In this document: positions 31,787-34,289 of the stretch, in pieces
Layout: each line of letters begins with the position of its first letter
How positions within the stretch are numbered: the first letter of the stretch is position 1
Source: Pseudomonadota bacterium
GTDB taxonomy: Bacteria; Pseudomonadota; Gammaproteobacteria; Ga0077536
Assembly: GCA_039800485.1 (NCBI GenBank)
Contig: JBDLQR010000342.1
Location: forward strand, 1-34,289
Length of the DNA stretch: 34,289 nucleotides
Direction: 5' to 3'
Program-made: the position numbers and the translations under genes
The notes under the pieces: generated by a model
What the model was told of the DNA's origin: nothing
Databases searched by the model: none
The model's input: only the letters and a program-made list of their open reading frames with translations

Positions 31787-32980
31787 ATGGAACAGCAGAA
31801 GATTCTTGATGCCGTTGTTGTAGGAGGCGGGCCGGCTGGCGCCACGGCTGCCGCCGATCTGGCGGCTCGTGGTCTGCGCGTAATGCTGATGGATCGCGCG
31901 GGGCGGATTAAACCCTGTGGAGGCGCGGTTCCGCCGCAGCTGCTGCGCGAATTCGACATACCGGAGCACCTGCTGGTCGCACACGCCACGCGAGCCTGTA
32001 TCGTGTCGCCCACGTTGCGTGAAGTGGACATGCCGATCTCCAAGGGCGGGTTTGTCGGCATGGTCGATCGCGATACTTTCGATGAGTGGCTGCGCCAACG
32101 GGCAGAGGCCCGGGGGGCAATTCGTGTCGAGGGGCTTTTCAAAGGCAGTCGCCAGGAAACGGATGGCAGTCTGACCTTGCAGTATCAGCAGAAGGACGGC
32201 GAGATCCGTGAAGTGAGCACCCGTGCACTGATTGGTGCGGATGGAGCCGCCTCGCGCGTAGCGAAGGAAAACATTCCCGGCGCGGACCAGCTTGAATGCG
32301 TGTACGCCTACCACGAGGTCATCCGCACACCCGATCCCGCGAGCATGCCTGCTTTTGATGGAACACGCTGCGACGTGCATTATCGCGGCACGATTTCACC
32401 TGATTTTTATGGTTGGGTCTTCCCCCATGGAGACAAGATAAGCGTTGGCAGCGGAAGCGCGCACAAAGGGTTTTCCCTGCGTGGGTCTGTGTCCCGACTC
32501 CGCGCCGATACCGGTCTGGCCGAGGCGGAAACCCTGCGTCGCGAGGGCGCGCCGATTCCGCTGAAGCCCCTCCCCCGCTGGGACAATGGCCGTAATGTGG
32601 TGCTGGCCGGCGATGCTGCAGGCGTGGTGGCACCGGCATCAGGTGAGGGCATCTATTACGCGATGACCGGTGGCCGGTTGGCGGCAGATGCCGTCAGTGA
32701 GTTTCTGCAGAGCGGCAACCCCCGTGCGCTGGGCTTTGCACGCAAGAGATTCATGAAAGCCCATGGCCGTGTGTTCTGGGTGCTCGGCATGATGCAGCGC
32801 TTCTGGTACCGCAACGACAAGCGTCGCGAGCGCTTCGTCAGTATGTGTCGGGACCGCGACGTGCAGGAACTGACGTGGGAGGCTTATCTGAACAAGCGGC
32901 TGGTCCGCGCCAAGCCTCTCGCGCATGCACGGATTTTCTTCAAGGACATGGCCCACCTCATGGGCCTCGTCGCCCCATGA
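31787..32980 (+). CDS. bchP: geranylgeranyl diphosphate / geranylgeranyl-bacteriochlorophyllide reductase
   Basis: FAD fold DAVVVGGGPAGATAAADLAARG, KPCGGAVP, GDAAGVVAPASGEGIYYAM. GGGAG RBS. Confidence 0.95.
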   Translation: MEQQKILDAVVVGGGPAGATAAADLAARGLRVMLMDRAGRIKPCGGAVPPQLLREFDIPEHLLVAHATRACIVSPTLREVDMPISKGGFVGMVDRDTFDEWLRQRAEARGAIRVEGLFKGSRQETDGSLTLQYQQKDGEIREVSTRALIGADGAASRVAKENIPGADQLECVYAYHEVIRTPDPASMPAFDGTRCDVHYRGTISPDFYGWVFPHGDKISVGSGSAHKGFSLRGSVSRLRADTGLAEAETLRREGAPIPLKPLPRWDNGRNVVLAGDAAGVVAPASGEGIYYAMTGGRLAADAVSEFLQSGNPRALGFARKRFMKAHGRVFWVLGMMQRFWYRNDKRRERFVSMCRDRDVQELTWEAYLNKRLVRAKPLAHARIFFKDMAHLMGLVAP

Positions 32981-33022
32981 AGACGGTGCTGGCCGGGACA
33001 CCAGGCACGTCGTACTTCTGAC

Positions 33023-33301
33023 ATGCCCGCGCTCCCGGGTTCACTCCCTCTGTGGGCAGTGGACGGGATCCTGGTCCTCGTAGTGATGGAGTCTTGTCTA
33101 CTCTGGTGGGTCACTCGAAGGAAGCACGCAGTTCGTGCCTTCGCGCGGCCGTGGCTTGCCAATCTGGCGTCGGGTGTTTTTCTGCTGGCAGCGCTGCGGG
33201 CCGTGCTGTCGGAAGCCGGATTGCTCCCGGCGCTGGTGGCTCTGTCAGGTGCGTTGGTGGCACACCTTTGTGATCTGTATCAGCGCAGCCGGCTCCCCTG
33301 A
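33023..33301 (+). CDS. hypothetical small membrane protein (92 aa, 2-3 predicted TM segments)
   Basis: ATG ORF that fills the bchP/pufC gap. Hydrophobic stretches LWAVDGILVLVVMESCLLWWV, LANLASGVFLLAALRAVL and LLPALVALSGALVAHLC. No recognisable family and no clear SD. Confidence 0.35.
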   Translation: MPALPGSLPLWAVDGILVLVVMESCLLWWVTRRKHAVRAFARPWLANLASGVFLLAALRAVLSEAGLLPALVALSGALVAHLCDLYQRSRLP

Positions 33302-33335
33302 CGCCGCGCCGACCTCGACCTGCCGCCCGCTTTCT

Positions 33336-34289
33336 TTACTCCTTCACCACTGCCGGCGCAGGGCCACCCAGCTCGGGGTGATCCTTCAGCATGCTGACAC
33401 CACCCAACGGCTTGTTGAGACCCTGGTGGCAGGTGCTGCAATTGGCCTTGAGGGGATCACCCAATGGCCCCAGACGGTTTTCCGGAAACACGGAGGCCAG
33501 CGGCTCCATGTAATCGGTATTGATTTGACGGACCATCCGGATGCCGTGCCAGGCGGTCGCGCGCTGAGGGTTGCTCTCCTCCCAGACGGCGAAGGCTCTG
33601 GAGTTGTGGCAGAAGGTGCAGTTCACGCCGAGCGAATCAGACATGTGCATCATCAAGCCGTAAGTGCGTTCGGCTGAAAGGATGTCCGGCGCATGAGCGG
33701 GCTCGGTGGGCAGAGCCTGCGGCGCGTTCACCCGAATCTCGGAGGCGCCCAGCAGGAAGGGCGTATAGGGATCGAAAGGCAAGGATGACAGGCCGACGCT
33801 ACGGACGGGTGAATTCTGTCCATCCTGGTTGCCATCAAAGCGGGATCTGCGATCAGGTCCGGGGTCGCGTGACCAGAGATTTGCCGGAATATGCTGTCCA
33901 CCATGGCAGGTGTAGCAGGTGACGCCGGTTTCCCCGACGTGATCCTTCCAGCCGCCATTGATGGCGAGCGTCATCTCGATCATCCGCCGCGACACCACCT
34001 TGGTGTATTTGGAGTCATCGGCGAAATTGGCAGCTTCGTGGCAGTAGGCGCAACCCTCCTTGGGCGCAACCCATGCTGTGATGCTGGCCATCAAGCGTCC
34101 GAACTGGCCAGCGTCCAGATGCCCGAGCACCTTCACGTTCTTGTAGACATCACCCGCCTTGGGTCCACCTGGCGGAACCTGGGGCAAGGCGGCGGGGATT
34201 GCGGCCTGCACTGCCGCCGCCAGCTCATCGTCACCGGGTTCGGCCAGCTCAACCATGGCGGTACCCCGGAAGCCCTGCTGGGTGCTTTC
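33336..34289 (-). CDS. pufC: reaction-centre tetrahaem cytochrome c subunit, 5'-truncated by window end
   Basis: Four CxxCH motifs (CAYCH, CYTCH, CTFCH, CSTCH) and GPKAGDVYKNVKVLGHLDAGQFGRLMASITAWVAP. The frame stays open from 34256 to 34289 (ESTQQGFRGTA precedes the internal Met), so the true start lies outside the window. Confidence 0.9.
   Translation of the reverse strand, partial: ESTQQGFRGTAMVELAEPGDDELAAAVQAAIPAALPQVPPGGPKAGDVYKNVKVLGHLDAGQFGRLMASITAWVAPKEGCAYCHEAANFADDSKYTKVVSRRMIEMTLAINGGWKDHVGETGVTCYTCHGGQHIPANLWSRDPGPDRRSRFDGNQDGQNSPVRSVGLSSLPFDPYTPFLLGASEIRVNAPQALPTEPAHAPDILSAERTYGLMMHMSDSLGVNCTFCHNSRAFAVWEESNPQRATAWHGIRMVRQINTDYMEPLASVFPENRLGPLGDPLKANCSTCHQGLNKPLGGVSMLKDHPELGGPAPAVVKE

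Overview
GC-rich, proteobacterial-type chromosomal segment with two parts. From about 11.85 kb to the right end is the core of a purple-bacterial photosynthesis gene cluster (PGC). It holds a 13-gene minus-strand super-operon, bchF-bchN-bchB-bchH-bchL-bchM-lhaA-puhA-puhB-puhC-acsF-puhE-bchO, with almost no intergenic space. A divergent plus-strand operon ppaA(aerR)-ppsR-bchG-pucC-bchP follows, then a small membrane ORF and the convergent 3' part of pufC (tetrahaem RC cytochrome, runs off the window). Candidate PpsR-type operators and perfect palindromes lie in the bchF/ppaA and ppsR/bchG intergenic regions. The left third (1-11.85 kb) is accessory-looking. It carries a polar amino-acid ABC transporter and a compact island of four predicted sulfotransferases (three sequence types), one GT4 glycosyltransferase and one exported CE4-type deacetylase. 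A LemA / GIDE-like membrane protein pair (the latter with a canonical EF-hand loop) and an NCS2 permease with a roughly 145-aa soluble C-terminal extension complete it. The sulfotransferase-dense island is the best candidate for an undescribed system. I recognised no rRNA, tRNA, CRISPR array, transposase or integrase. The ORF track prints GTG/TTG starts as M, and I refined several starts by reading the DNA. Many long ORFs antisense to real genes are high-GC artefacts.
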